A stretch of 64,000 nucleotides of DNA from Phoronis australis (Eukaryota > Animalia > Phoronida): assembly GCA_002633005.1 (NCBI GenBank), contig NMRA01000238.1:518734-582733 (forward strand), read 5' to 3'. The position numbers and the translations under genes are program-made. The notes under the pieces are model-generated. The model did no database searches. It was given only the letters and a program-made list of their open reading frames with translations, and had not been told where the DNA came from. Positions within the stretch are counted from its first letter, which is position 1. Each line of letters begins with the position of its first letter. Below are positions 52,601-64,000 of the stretch, in pieces.

Positions 52601-53378
52601 GAGAGATGTCGCAAAAACTTAGGAAATGGCGCATGCGCGTGTCACGAGCGTATTGTTTTCGAAACGACGACATAACTTTTATTTGTTAGAAAAGACGGAG
52701 GATTACACAAGAAAGTGACATTTATTAGATTGTTTTTCACTTAAACAGCTGGAACGGTCAAGGTGAGTGTCGGGTGATTCCCAGATTTTGCATGCACCCT
52801 GTCCGGTCTAATACGTTTATATGTTGATATGAGTTTCATGGCGAGGTGACGAGCAGAACTACCCTGGCTATATGCAATTTCGGGGTCTACGGAAGATTAA
52901 CACACAGTGATACCTAGCTGTATTTTGACGATAGTCTTCATACAGCTATAGCTGGCGGCTATGAAACTTGAAAGAGTGAAAGAGGCTAGTATTAAGCTAA
53001 GATGTGAAAATCAAGTGAATTGCTGTCACTAGAGGTGCATGGCATCGGCAAAGAAGTTACGTTATCTTCTGCATTGACTAGAACAACGCAATGAAGTGTG
53101 AACTGATCAGCACAAGCAGCTCATTAAGCACTAACATTACAATATGTATTGAAACACCAGAATGCAGAATGCCAGAAACTGAGAAAGTCCATCATAACCA
53201 CTTTTCAGTTATCTAGCGGTCTCCAGTTTAGCTTTTGAAGTCCTTTTCTCTCCAAGCCAAAACTTCTAAGTGTTATTAAGAATTTAGTTGTAATATTCGT
53301 ACCAATTTCTCCAACTCTATCTAAGAAACTGTCAAGTTCTTTTGAATCCTCTCTCACATTCCTCATCATGTCCGCCAT
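34611..53378 (-). CDS. TTC12: Tetratricopeptide repeat protein 12 (TPR + armadillo repeats; dynein-arm assembly co-chaperone)
   Basis: Minus-strand exons: 53378-53303, 51123-50992, 50704-50615, 49238-49090, 47579-47469, 46361-46229, 45657-45469, 44601-44532, 44129-44035, 40538-40361, 39804-39712, 39090-39027, 38517-38386, 38066-37800, 37119-37017, 36120-35895, 34683-34611 (TGA). Total 2181 nt, about 726 aa. Peptides resemble TTC12 as I recall it: ELDSFLDRVGEI, AFMDALEKDA..ADKLKDEGNVEFKAGNY, IYTNRAQAYIK..DCEWALK, YYSGGLRLL, GNAALCLGHC, LRELHGLEILHSCMK. Confidence 0.93.
34839..34897 (-). pseudogene. Degenerate tRNA-like sequence (SINE head or pseudo-tRNA)
   Basis: The minus strand reads GGAGTTAGTTCAGCCAGCAGAGCATTATACTGTAACCACAGAGGTTGTAAGTTTAAGTT, with decayed A and B boxes and no good cloverleaf. 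Confidence 0.35.
35495..35761. mobile_element. Tc1-type MITE, family copy 2 (opposite orientation)
   Basis: CAGTTTTAGCCAAAAGTATTCAGACA ... TGTCTGATTACTTTTGTCTTATACTG. Internal reverse-complement match to 23785-24058. Confidence 0.7.
36592..36696. repeat. Tandem duplication of about 49 bp, 2 copies
   Basis: CTGATTG(C/T)ATG(G/A)AAACTGCATGGAT...GTATGTCTCAGACTTGAG occurs twice. Confidence 0.85.
39583..39748. repeat. 81-bp x2 tandem duplication spanning a TTC12 splice donor
   Basis: Two near-identical copies. On the minus strand each contains ...GATAAAAA|GTATGG. Confidence 0.95.
40948..44644. repeat. Tandem duplication of about 1.85 kb (40948-42803 / 42805-44644) containing TTC12 exons 8-9, joined at a single N
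   Basis: Near-identical copies (duplicated ORFs in the track at offset 1841), with an N at 42804. Exon copies lie at 42760-42691 and 42288-42194. Confidence 0.95.
46776..47327. mobile_element. Tc1-type MITE copy 3, with left TIR amplified into about 5 x ~35-bp units and a nested insertion
   Basis: Repeats of TACAGTACCAGACAAAAGTAATCAGACAA at 46776-46945. Body homologous to ~23850-24058. Confidence 0.65.
47159..47310. mobile_element. Small EnSpm/CACTA-like MITE
   Basis: TIR (T/C)CCGG(G/T)TGAGAATTT, 2-bp AC duplication at 47157-58 and 47311-12, many internal ACGTGT motifs. Confidence 0.6.
48227..48672. repeat. 23-bp minisatellite, about 19 copies
   Basis: Unit AAACAATAAAGAGATGCTATGT(G/A). Confidence 0.95.
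52624..52762 (+). promoter_or_regulatory. Second promoter-like element and candidate non-coding exon inside TTC12 intron 1
   Basis: Overlapping YY1-like AAATGGCG (52624-31) and NRF1 core GCGCATGCGC (52629-38) in a CpG-rich patch, with a consensus donor AAG|GTGAGT at 52763. Confidence 0.45.
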
Positions 53379-53660
53379 GATGGATTTGTTGATACGTCTC
53401 TTAGAAACACAACCCTTACAATATTTCATTTTTCGCCAAATGTAAAATATTAAAGAAATAAATTTACTAACTTAAGATATGAAATTTAATATTATTACGA
53501 ATTTCTTAAAAAATTGTCGTATTTTTATTTTTTTTCTTCAAAACTGAAGAAAAAGTGTGTTTGAGACTAGATAAAAACATCAAGTACGCCTGCGCACATT
53601 CCGTCCACAAATTTTGTTTAAGAAACTGTGTAGGACTTCAGGTACGTTGCTCTCTGTAAC
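53379..53660. promoter_or_regulatory. Putative bidirectional promoter for TTC12 and IFT57, with a non-coding IFT57 first exon ending at 53641
   Basis: TTC12 ATG at 53378 (-). NRF1-like CGCCTGCGCA near 53587-53596. CAG|GTACGT donor at 53642. X-box-like GTTGCTCTCTGTAAC at 53646-53660. The IFT57 ATG lies 1 nt after an acceptor AG (54747-48), which suggests an upstream UTR exon. Confidence 0.55.
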
Positions 53661-54749
53661 TTATGTGATGTTTATAGAAACGAAAATGCCTCGCATGGTG
53701 ATTCTAAAAACGTTATTTGGTGCAACAGATATCTCACGTAGTTAGACGATTACATTGTTAGTTTTCTGGTGCAGATTATTCTCTACAGCTCAGTTCATGG
53801 GTAAACGAAGTGGAAGGAACACAATCACATCTCTATCCATCATTTGTAAATTGCAGCCCGTCATATAGGCTAGCCGTCAAATACAGCTAGGAAGCGCTGT
53901 GTGTTAACCTCACATTGACCTCGAAATTTCACACCGCCTGGGTAGTTCTGCCTGTCTCCTCGTCGTTCGTGACACTTAAGTCACAGGTAGAGCTAATGAC
54001 CAGTGGGCCAGTGGGGTGCATGCAAAATCTGAGACTAGAGTCAACACTCATCTTGCCCTTTACATACTACACTTTTTGTGACATCTTTCAGGAGATGATG
54101 ACAGCTTTTTGGAAGCAGATGTTGGTCACAAAATTGTGATTTTTGGCGAAATAAAGAGGTGTTTGAGACTGAATTGAGACACCTGCAATGGCCAGGTCAC
54201 GTGATCTAGGTTGAAGTGACATAGTTATTCAAGCATAAATCAATGTACTGTAACTTTGTCGTGGAAGCACCAACAAATACATGCAACTTGCTATTGCCCC
54301 TTTGTGTAATTATTATTCTGATGAAGAGTTGTGATGGCAGGGGGCCATCTTTACACTGATTTATGTGAAAACCTATAAAACTGGAGCTCAGTATCGTACT
54401 TTGAAAGTGACGAATAATGTGGCCACTTAAATAATCTCATTACACATTTCAGTAAGTCTTCATTTATTTCAAAGGAAAATATTTGTTTTCACATTTTTCA
54501 AAGGCATATTACCTTTTTGCAAATAATGTGAGTTTCACCAAATGTTGTTTGTTGACATTATACTGCCATCCATGCTCGTATTCTTAATCTTTGCTTTTGT
54601 GTCGGCCATATTGTGAAGACTGACATATTGTAGCCCTTCTATCAGAGCTCTCGAAGAGTCCCAGGGCCAATGCTAGAGATTCTGGGATATTTGAGGAAAT
54701 TTAGTTTGCCAGAACAAAAGCTGCATACCTTTTTTTTCCCTATACTAGG

Positions 54750-57700
54750 ATGTCTGAAGAGCGTCGCCGTGGTGACGATGCTGCTGAGGAAGGCGGGCCT
54801 GGCGCCCTCTATATGGTGTTTGTACAGATGGAGGCATTGCTAGAAAAGCTCAAATTGTTAAAATACGAATCAGAGTTCTGCAAACAACTTGGGTTCAAAC
54901 CATTAAGCAGGTAAAGTAGAGAAAAGAGCTTCTACTTATGAGGTGTGTGCGATTCTTCAGGATACAGAACTATTTTAGTTCAGTCGCTGTTCAGAAATTT
55001 TTTGGCTCAGGCAAGCCTTTAAAAACTAGGGCAACTTATTTATTATTTTAAAATATGCTACTGAATGGTACCATTATCAAGGCAAAACGAATTAAGTGTT
55101 CGGTCATTTTGAATGAGTAGGAACCACTCATACCACACACCTCAAAAACCCCTACCACGACCAAAAACATTATCACAGAACCTGAACTCCAACACTACGG
55201 AAACTCCACAGAAAATATTTAGGTCAAGTTTCTGAAAGCACAACACATAGAGACCTACTAGTACTGGGTCACCCAGTTGTCATTGATAAGAGTGGCTCTT
55301 TGTGGTTGGAGTTCATGTTCATTTATTTAGTAAGTGTTTCACAGTATGGTTTGGGGTTGGTTCACCATCGAAACACGGTGACATGATTTTCATTCAGCGC
55401 ATCTATTTCATGGGTTACATTCCCAATGTCAACCATTCACAGTGTACTGACCACTGATTGATTGTGTCAATTTTCTTTGCAGACATTACTTTGCCATTCA
55501 GACCAACCCTGGTGAACAGTTCTACACGTTTACATCCCTAGCAGCTTGGCTGCTTAACAAAGCTGGTCGACAGTTTGAACAACCTCAGGAGGTAACTGCG
55601 TGTTTTGGTCTTAGTCATTTATCATGGCATTCATTATTTTAACATTGGTGATACTTTGGTTGATGGTCTTAGTGTTCTTTGTAGATGTCTCCTGTTTAAG
55701 TTTAGCATGCATAGAGTGTTTGCTTTCACATGATAGAGACAGCGGGCTGATTTTTATTTCCCACTCTATGGGAACCAAAAAACTAAAATGCTGATTTCTC
55801 TTAAAACAGTAAGTAAATGTCAAACAATGAGATTTGATGGTATCAGTACATGAATACTACGATGGAATTTGGTCGCAGAAACTTTAAGATTTTCTAAAAA
55901 GTTAGCTTTTGTCCAGTAAATCTTGGCTTTGCTGGTCAGCTGATGCTGGCTTGATTGGTGTCAGTAATTATTTGTCACAATTCTAATGGTATTTTGGTAT
56001 GATTACAATTGGGGTTTAATTACAGTTATTCAAAGATTTGTTTTTTCTTTGTATGGTAACAAAGGTAGCTGCTAAATACTGAACTTGGGGTGAAGGTCAT
56101 TTAAACGGGAGTGACATTCCCAGTTATTAATATTGACATGGTAGCATTTTTAAGTGCTCTCCAAAATTGAGATACTGTAATCTTTCTAAACAGTGTTTGA
56201 AATTGAAAATATGTCAGTTTTAAGAATTGCTTTAATAGTACAGATTAGTTACAAAATTTTAATTCTTTTCTGTGTACTGTCACCGTTGTCTAAATCTGAA
56301 TCCTACAGTTGACTCTGAATAGGTATTATATAATTGCCCTAAGTTAAGAACTGTCAGTAGTCCTAGTTTAAGACTCAGTTAATACTTGTTTCTTTTCACA
56401 GTACGACGATCCCAATGCTACGATCTCTGGCATACTGGGAGAGCTTCGACAATTGGTAAGATCTGGTCTAATCTGACTTTATTAATTTTCACTGTTTGAC
56501 TGTGACAATATTCTAACAAGAAAGTTTTGAAAGATTTCAAACTGTGGAGTAAAATTCTACTGCAAGATATCTGTCAGTGATTTTTTGCTTTAATCCTTCT
56601 GAGTTCTTCCAGTAATGATCTGATAGATTACAATGAAATATAGCTCTGGAGACAGAACAGACAGACTAAGTGCTAGAGTTCACCAAAAGATGGCGCAAAT
56701 ACTACACTCAAGTTGTGCCAGTTAATTACAACTCAACTTAATTGGTCCAACAACGATAAATATCGAACAAATGATAACCTCAGCAGCCATGAACCTAGTG
56801 CTTCACAGATGCACAGTATTGTGGGTATTTTGGGCTGTGATTATTCTTTGGTTACCTCCCTTGAAATAAATATCTCATCTGCCGCATTTCAGGGTCATAC
56901 AGTTGACTTCTCTCCAGCCAAACTCAAGCCTGGATATGGTGAACACTGTATTGATGTTCTAAACAAACTTGGTGATGGGGCTCTCGTACAGAATGGCTGG
57001 AAGTGGAGCAGGTGAAAACAAAACACAGTTGAACTGTGTTACAATGAACCTTTGTGAGAATTGCATAAAATGTTTGCTGTATCCAAAGTTCATTGTTACC
57101 AAGTAAAGTTGTACACAATGCAGGTTGCTCAAAACTTGGGGAATGTTGAAAATGGGTTTTTGTATCGTAATTCAGTAAATATTGTCTGCTAGTCCCCGTT
57201 TTATGGCTTAAGACTTCAGCATTAAAACTGACTTTGGATGAGATTTCTTTAAATTCAAACAGAAATTAAAGAAATTGTCATTTTCCAAATGAATGAAAGC
57301 AAACATGAGTTAAGACTGTGTTGGAGTTTTTAAATTATAAACTAGATTTCATTTGTTTTTTATGCAAACTGGTAGGCTCTTTGGATAATTGAAACAATAA
57401 TGTTTTGTAATTTCAGGCCTCAGTACCCCGAAGAAAATGTGGACGACGATGAACAAGTTGTGGAAGATGAAGCAGAAGTAAATATTCACAAGATGGAGGA
57501 AGAAATGGAGGTGCAGTAAACACTTGTTATTTCAGACTAAAAATAAAATTCGTGTTTTTTTACTAAAATAATGATGTTTTGATTTTTATCTGTCGAGTTT
57601 CAACTTCCTAATTTGATATAACTCTTTTGCAATTCACGTAATGCGCTTTAAGTATTTATGATTTTGCTTTGTGCATTGGAAATCTATATTCCACATGTCT

Positions 57701-60700
57701 AATTGGTCTTGCCATTAAACACTTGAATTTTACTTGTAGACAATTGATGATGAGACAGAAGATTTTGAAGATGAAGAGAATCTCTTGGACTTAGGAGGAC
57801 TTAAAGACGGTAGCTCTGGCAAGGTGAGACTGAACAGTATGTGATTTAGTTTTGGAAGAGAAACAGGGTCCTAAGTCATAAATACTCCATCCAGTCAACT
57901 GTGAGTTGGTGTCTTAGGCTACGGCGGTATCAGATCTCTGGCCCTAGTATTACGCAAGCTGTGTACAACGCGTGCCCAATTTATGGTTGGCTATGGCTGC
58001 ACAACACAACGTTTTGCTTCCCTGGATGCAGCTCGTCAACTGGACTCAGCTGACTTGTCGCTTGATTAGCTATACTCTTAAAATAGCCCCATTTTGAGAG
58101 TACGCGCAAGCAATCAAAGGCACATCCTCAGCACACATTGCAGTTTCAGCTGAGTGCAGCAATGTGTATAAGTTACTGTGAGATAGCAGCTGGAGACTTG
58201 ACCAATGCTGCACTAACATAAACTGCACACATAATGTTCAAACTGCTGTGTGCCGATAACGTGTGACTGATGCCTCCTCTTGTGTGGCTACCTTGACAAC
58301 TGAATCTGGACATTGAATTGAAAAGCCCACCTGGCAATGGTGATTCCTGCTGCAGGATTTGATTACAAGCTGTACCATTAACTGAGTCTAGCTTTTGAAT
58401 GTAGAAGCACTTGGAACCAGTTCTGTCCTCCTTTTCCGACCATCAGGGTATTGGTATTGTATGAATTCCAAGTAGAAGGCTCTGGTAAGGCCTTATAACA
58501 TCAGATGATACCCTGTATTGACTAGAAGGCAATAGCCCAGTTGTCATAGCCAGCTCTAATAAAAAACTGTGAATAGGTTGGCCCAGCTTGCTACTGTACA
58601 CAAGGGGGATAACTGTGGTTCTGTCATGTTTAGTTAGAGAGGTTGTGAGTCTGGCTGCATCTAGGGCCTGTTACGTGAAAGTAACTCAAGACTTAAGACA
58701 GAAATTTTGGTCTTGCACTTCCACTTCACAATTGCTGAAAAATGTGGTCTTGTGTATAACACATTATACAGAGCCAACTCATCTATAACTCATTGTGATC
58801 TCTTTCTGCTCTCTCATCCAACTTTTACAGTCTTTGCAATAAATCAATTGTTTAGCTTCATCAGAGTTTGAGGTGTCATGTTTCTCATTCAGGATGATAA
58901 GTCCAAGCCGGAAGAGATCATGGTATCCAACACGACATTTGCTGAATGGAAGTTGGAAGTTGAACGCGTCTTACCACAGCTGAAAGTGACGATACGCACT
59001 GATAATAAGGTAAATGTTACTTGTACATATAGTTCGTTGTTATCGGTATCTTGTCAAGAATGACGCAACAGATTTCAGCAGAAATCAGTAAACTCCTTTG
59101 GTGTATACTCAACTATATCTTCAGAAGGTTTGCTGAAATCCATGATTTATTTTTGGAAACAAGATTAGATGACCAAACAAACAAAATTTGAAGGAAATGT
59201 CGCACGCAAAAATTTGTTAAACCAATTACCAGCTAGTCATGCAGTCAGTCCAACGTCCGACGTTGAGAAAATGCCCAATTGCAATGGGGAATTTGGGTCA
59301 ATCCTTAGCTCGCCATTTCGAATTTGAGGTTGCCAACATTTTTAGTATCACTGACGTCCAATAGATGACAGTTGCGATGCAGCCGATTGCGATGCTAACT
59401 GTACTGCGTGCTGACACCATTCGGACTAGATCTAATTGGTCAGGACCAAAAAGCGGCAAAGAAATGCGACTGTTATATTGAGAAATGGGGATTTTTTAAT
59501 GTAATGTTACTTATCCATCGACTTCTTATGATATTAGAAAGTAAACATGCATGCCATTCCGTTGTATTCAACACCTTTGTAGTCAGTCATGTTGGGATGA
59601 AGCGCTTTTTGCAGATTCATCACAGTACTCTGAGACACAGCGCTACAATCGATCGCTTTGTATATGCAACTCTCATCTGTTTCAATCGTCTGCTCATGAC
59701 TACACCCGTCATGATCTAGGTGTGTCAAGCTATCACTACTTATGTGCTATCGGCACAGCCAGATTTCCATGCTATTGCCATAGCACGTACACTGTACGAT
59801 ATTTCTTGTACAAACAGAATTCTTGCTACTAAACATCTATCATCGTATTCCCAAAGTACTTGCACCGTCTGCTCACAATTCATGCACAGAAGTGCAGGTA
59901 TAATTGCTAAAAATCTTTCCTGAAACAGTTTCACCTGCTGTCTTGTCAGACTAAAACGGACATAAATATGTTCTAAACAAGTGGTTTTACTACGCATGCA
60001 TATGTCGATGTCCACTGTAACATACTAGACACCTTGGATTAAAACATTTTCATTCTCCATTGTACATATGTCTTGTGCAAACGCAGTTCTCGTTTGAATG
60101 ACATTGATATAGCGTAATAAAGGCGCAAAACCGACAGTTGCCGCCCCTCCACATAACAATTGATGGTCATTATAAGAGTGTCACTAGCTGATATGTTTCT
60201 CAGAGAAACCATGTCAACTTACCACAGATCTTAAAAGTACATCTTATATTTCACATATAACAAAATCTCACATTGTTGAAGTCACATTGAGTCACTCCCT
60301 CGCCTGTGTAGGAGGCGCTGTTCAAGAGTTATTTTTCAAGCGGCTCAAGTTTGGCAGATGGCACTTTTCGGTTGTTTTTGTTGTTGTTATTGTTGGTGAG
60401 TGTTAGTTGACCCGTTTGACACGGTTTTGCAAGTGTGAGAATGGCATTGCCATAAAGTGAGGTCGTGTTTGGCGAGTTGAACAACGACAAACTGAAATGG
60501 CATTTGGCGTGTAATCCTCTAGCTCAGGTCGCCAACGGCAATTTCAGCTCGCAAAATACAGGCTGATTTTCGCTAAATCGGACCTTGCAGTCTAACTACC
60601 TGCACTACATGTTGTTCCTGTCAGTTGTGTGCTTATTGCAAGTGCAAGTCAGTAACAGGGTAGCATTTTAATACTCAGCGGAGCAATGCTTGCAGTTCCA

Positions 60701-63357
60701 GAACGTACTATGAAGCATGTATACTTACGTCTAAAGGTAGCATCAAAACGCTGACCAAGTTTAACTTACTCAAGACATTTTTTTCATTATCTGTCACTCA
60801 TTCTGTGTGCCCGTAGACATAATATGCTCTTCAAGCTTATCTGACTGTTTAACATTTGAGTTTATCTCAGTCTTTAACTATTGAGGCACTGCTACAGAGC
60901 ATTTCAAAAAGTCCAGAAAGAGTGATTTTTTTAGTTTCAACATTTAAAGTTTTTATGAAGTACAGATCAATCTCTTGAGACAATATAAGAACCCAATAGG
61001 GTACTCTTTACTTTGTTTTCACCAGCTTAGAACATACAATCATTCTCATCTAATGGAAGACATTACTAAAATTCTAAGTTCTTAACTGAAATTAAGTGGA
61101 AAGATCATCTTCAAGAAAAGATGAAGCAAATGCTTTCTCCTGCAGGACTGGAGAGTTCATGTTGAACAGATGCACCAGCACCGCGATGGCATAGAGACGT
61201 CGTTGAAGGAGACGAGAACGTACCTGGATAAGCTGCACGATGAGATCACGCGAACATTGGAAAAGATAGCAAGTCGGGAGAAGTACATTAATCAACAGCT
61301 GGAGCACCATCTGACAGAGTTCAGGGCCCTGCAGGACCAACTGGCTGAGACTAAGGAGCGTTATCGGCAAGGCAGTGGAGGAGTGACCGAGAGGACAAGG
61401 TCCTTAGCTGAGGTGAGGGCACGAGGAGGGGAGTGATGGGTTATCAGGCAGAGAGAGGTCTGTGACTGAGTTAAGTGGGGTAGAGGAGTAATGTGGTGCC
61501 AGGCAAGACTGGGGCTGTGTTGTGTAGACTTGATACATTAGCTATGCACTTGTAGCATAAAATATTCACTTATAGAATAGAAATGTCCAAAACAGTGATT
61601 TCTATCTCATAATACCACATGCCAACCTCACTATCGCTATTTATCTTGGTTACGCTAGTAAGATCTCAAGTATACTTGTGAAACACCCTTCTTTCACGTG
61701 CATGACTGTGCATGGTGTTGAGTGATCTCGCTTTTCTCGCATTACGTTTGGTCTGTGCAATGCTACACCAGAGCCTGAGTTAGGTATGTGTGGGCTTGGG
61801 AGTACAAGGGTCACAGAGAGAAAGAATTTATTCACTTAGGTGAATGGATGAGGTTTACTTAGGGGGCTTGATTGCACGAGGATAATGACCAGGCCAGGGT
61901 CACTGTTTGAAATGAATGGGGTGTAGGGGTAACAGGATATCACAGAGAAATATGGGAAAGGGTAATGGAGAAGTTATTGGATTGAGAGGACAAAGTCCAC
62001 ATTTGCGGTGGGTTTGTTAGGACAGTGGGGAGAAGAGGTTTATGAAGGAGACAACGACCGTGGTGCTGGCGAGCGCTTGAGAGGGATATGGGTTGTTAGA
62101 CAAACTGTTATTCATTGATGAAGTGACCACTAGGTTGGTCAGGGAATGGAGAGGCTGAAGTCAGGAGATAAAGAAGACAGAGTAGTGGAGAGTTCTGGGA
62201 AAGGACAGAAATCTGTACTTTTAATTGCTTGGCCTGCTTAAACAGTGTTCACAATGTGAATGTTGTGAAGTGCATTTATGATACGTGTAGCTGATATAGT
62301 TGGTGGTTTTTAGCAGCAACACGGCAACGTGGGATGTCACTGAAATATTGAATTTCTCTTAGATAACTGAAGAGCTTGAGAAGGTGAAACAAGAAATGGA
62401 GGAGAGAGGAAACAGCATGACTGATGGCGGTAAGTGGCTCTGTACAGCATACTCATAAATACAGCACATGCCAACAATAATCTGACAAAACGAGTATGCC
62501 CTGCTATGACAGCTTAGTGCTAGCAGGGGTGACTGCCATGACTAGAAATTATCGGAAGTTTGGCTTGGTGGAAACACTGTTCTATTGGTAGTAGTTTTTG
62601 TGGAATGAGTCATGAAAGATCACGTCATTTGCACTGTAGTGAGCCGTCATGACAGGAAAATGGTGCTTTGTCCGATTTCATTTGCTGCATTAGAACTACT
62701 CCAAAATGTACATTTAACATTTCATGAATGATGAAGACACTCCAATTCATCATTGTATCATCTCCATAGTGGAAAGTGACAAGGTTTACATCTTGATGAC
62801 ATTGTGCTACTTATGGACACGATTACAAATTTTTTGGCATGCACACTAATGTCATAAATTCTGAGGTATTTTTGTGTAAATCCAGACACTGTTCATATCA
62901 TCTTACTAGTAAATAGTTTCAATAGCAAACACAAAAGTGATACTTAAAACTTAAATCCAGCCTGTGTTCTACTCGTTTTATGTTGCATCCTGTATCTAAT
63001 ATTCTCAAGAATATATTCAGTGCGTTGTTGTCATTGCATGGCAATCATAAAGAAATTTTCAGCAGTACCAAGGATGGAGCTGAGACATTATTATGCTGGT
63101 GATGATCTCAAAGAAAATGTTACACAAAAGTAACCGTACGTCTTTAGTGACGCAGGCTGACAGTTTCACTTTCCCTTCCAGCCCCTCTAGTGCGCATCAA
63201 ACAGGCAATGACAAGGATCAAACAAGAACTTACTCAGATGGACATTCGTACTGGTGTGTTAGAGCACATGTTGCTACAGGCCAGACTTAAGGATAAAACA
63301 TCACAACACAACCTGGCGGATACAAACGATGATGGATACGATTATAAAGCTTATTGA
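54750..63357 (+). CDS. IFT57: Intraflagellar transport protein 57 (IFT-B subunit, Hippi)
   Basis: Exons 54750-54910, 55483-55591, 56402-56455, 56893-57011, 57417-57510, 57740-57823, 58893-59009, 61146-61412, 62363-62429, 63182-63357 (TGA). Total 1248 nt, about 415 aa. Motifs: [96 protein letters not shown]. Confidence 0.95.
59241..60598. mobile_element. Old TIR-bounded, CpG-richer insertion in an IFT57 intron
   Basis: Degenerate inverted ends (GCAGTCAGTCCAACGTCCGA..GAAAAT versus ATTTTCG..TCGGACCTTGCAGTCTAACTAC). No recognisable ORF. Confidence 0.35.
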
Positions 63358-64000
63358 TGGATGTGTATAAATAGTACCTTTCACCAAATGTTGTTCTTCC
63401 CGAAATTGTGGTTTGACGAGCGGAGGTGCAGCCCGGGTCGTTATCACATTTTTGGGACTTGAAAATTGTCCATGAATACAATGTCAATAGCCGTTTTAAT
63501 TTTCATAAGATTTGTTGATCATTGTAGACAAATCTGTGATATGCTTCCTGAACCGATTTGTAAACTTCTGCACCGCTATAGAAAAGAAATCTCCAAAATA
63601 TGCATTGATTGATGGAATATTTCCGCTCATTTTTGACGAAGACGTCATCCTTTGTTTGTAGAAACGCTTGGCCTGTGGCTCGGTCTGTACATAAAGAACA
63701 TACTGACGACACGTTTCTCTGAACTACAATGTCAAGAATGTTGATTAATTGCCCATCATTTTGCTGTTTAAATTTGATGTGCACACTGTTTGATTTTTTT
63801 CTTTTTAGTTGAATCTTTTAAATCTGGTTTTAAAGAGCTATTTTTGTTAAAGATATTGAAGAACGTAAATGTTTAATATATTATTTTGAAGTTGTTTGCA
63901 TTTTTGGTCAAGACACTTAACAACCTCACTAGGAATCGCACAGATTGGATGCTTTGCAATTACGGTAAAGTCGCGTGATTTTCGGACGGCCCGCCATTTT

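Noticed and set aside
53379-53429. Upstream in-frame ATG extending TTC12 by 17 aa (MKYCKGCV...)
   Set aside because: ATG 53378 has a strong GCG-following context and fits the expected N-terminus. The extension is probably UTR, though it is not excluded.
59408-60015. Cluster of overlapping ORFs in an IFT57 intron
   Set aside because: Short, on both strands, with no transposase or other motif. They lie inside a probable decayed element.
63287-63784. Minus-strand ORFs of 66 and 93 aa after IFT57
   Set aside because: No recognisable motif, and they overlap the IFT57 last exon and expected 3' UTR.

Overview
This is intron-rich animal genomic DNA (AT-rich, GT-AG introns, many MITE-like and tandem repeats). 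It is probably an invertebrate, possibly a lophotrochozoan, but that is inference only. Three spliced protein-coding genes were reconstructed by hand with consistent splice phases. (1) AMP deaminase (AMPD2-like) on +, 14 confident coding exons at 6500-31293, true first exon uncertain. (2) TTC12 (TPR + armadillo ciliary co-chaperone) on -, 17 exons at 53378-34611, about 726 aa. (3) IFT57 on +, 10 coding exons at 54750-63357, about 415 aa. AMPD and TTC12 are tail-to-tail. TTC12 and IFT57, both ciliary genes, are head-to-head around a short shared promoter. Most ORF-track entries are exon fragments or spurious ORFs. The main unexpected pattern is repeated local duplication across exon boundaries: a triplicated AMPD acceptor whose extra copies lead straight into a stop, a duplicated in-frame TTC12 donor, a duplicated TTC12 stop region, a decayed copy of an IFT57 exon end, and a 1.85-kb two-exon TTC12 duplication that abuts an N and may be an assembly artefact. 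There are also candidate frame-preserving microexons in AMPD, nested MITEs and long hairpins. I found no convincing new gene family or prokaryote-type system.
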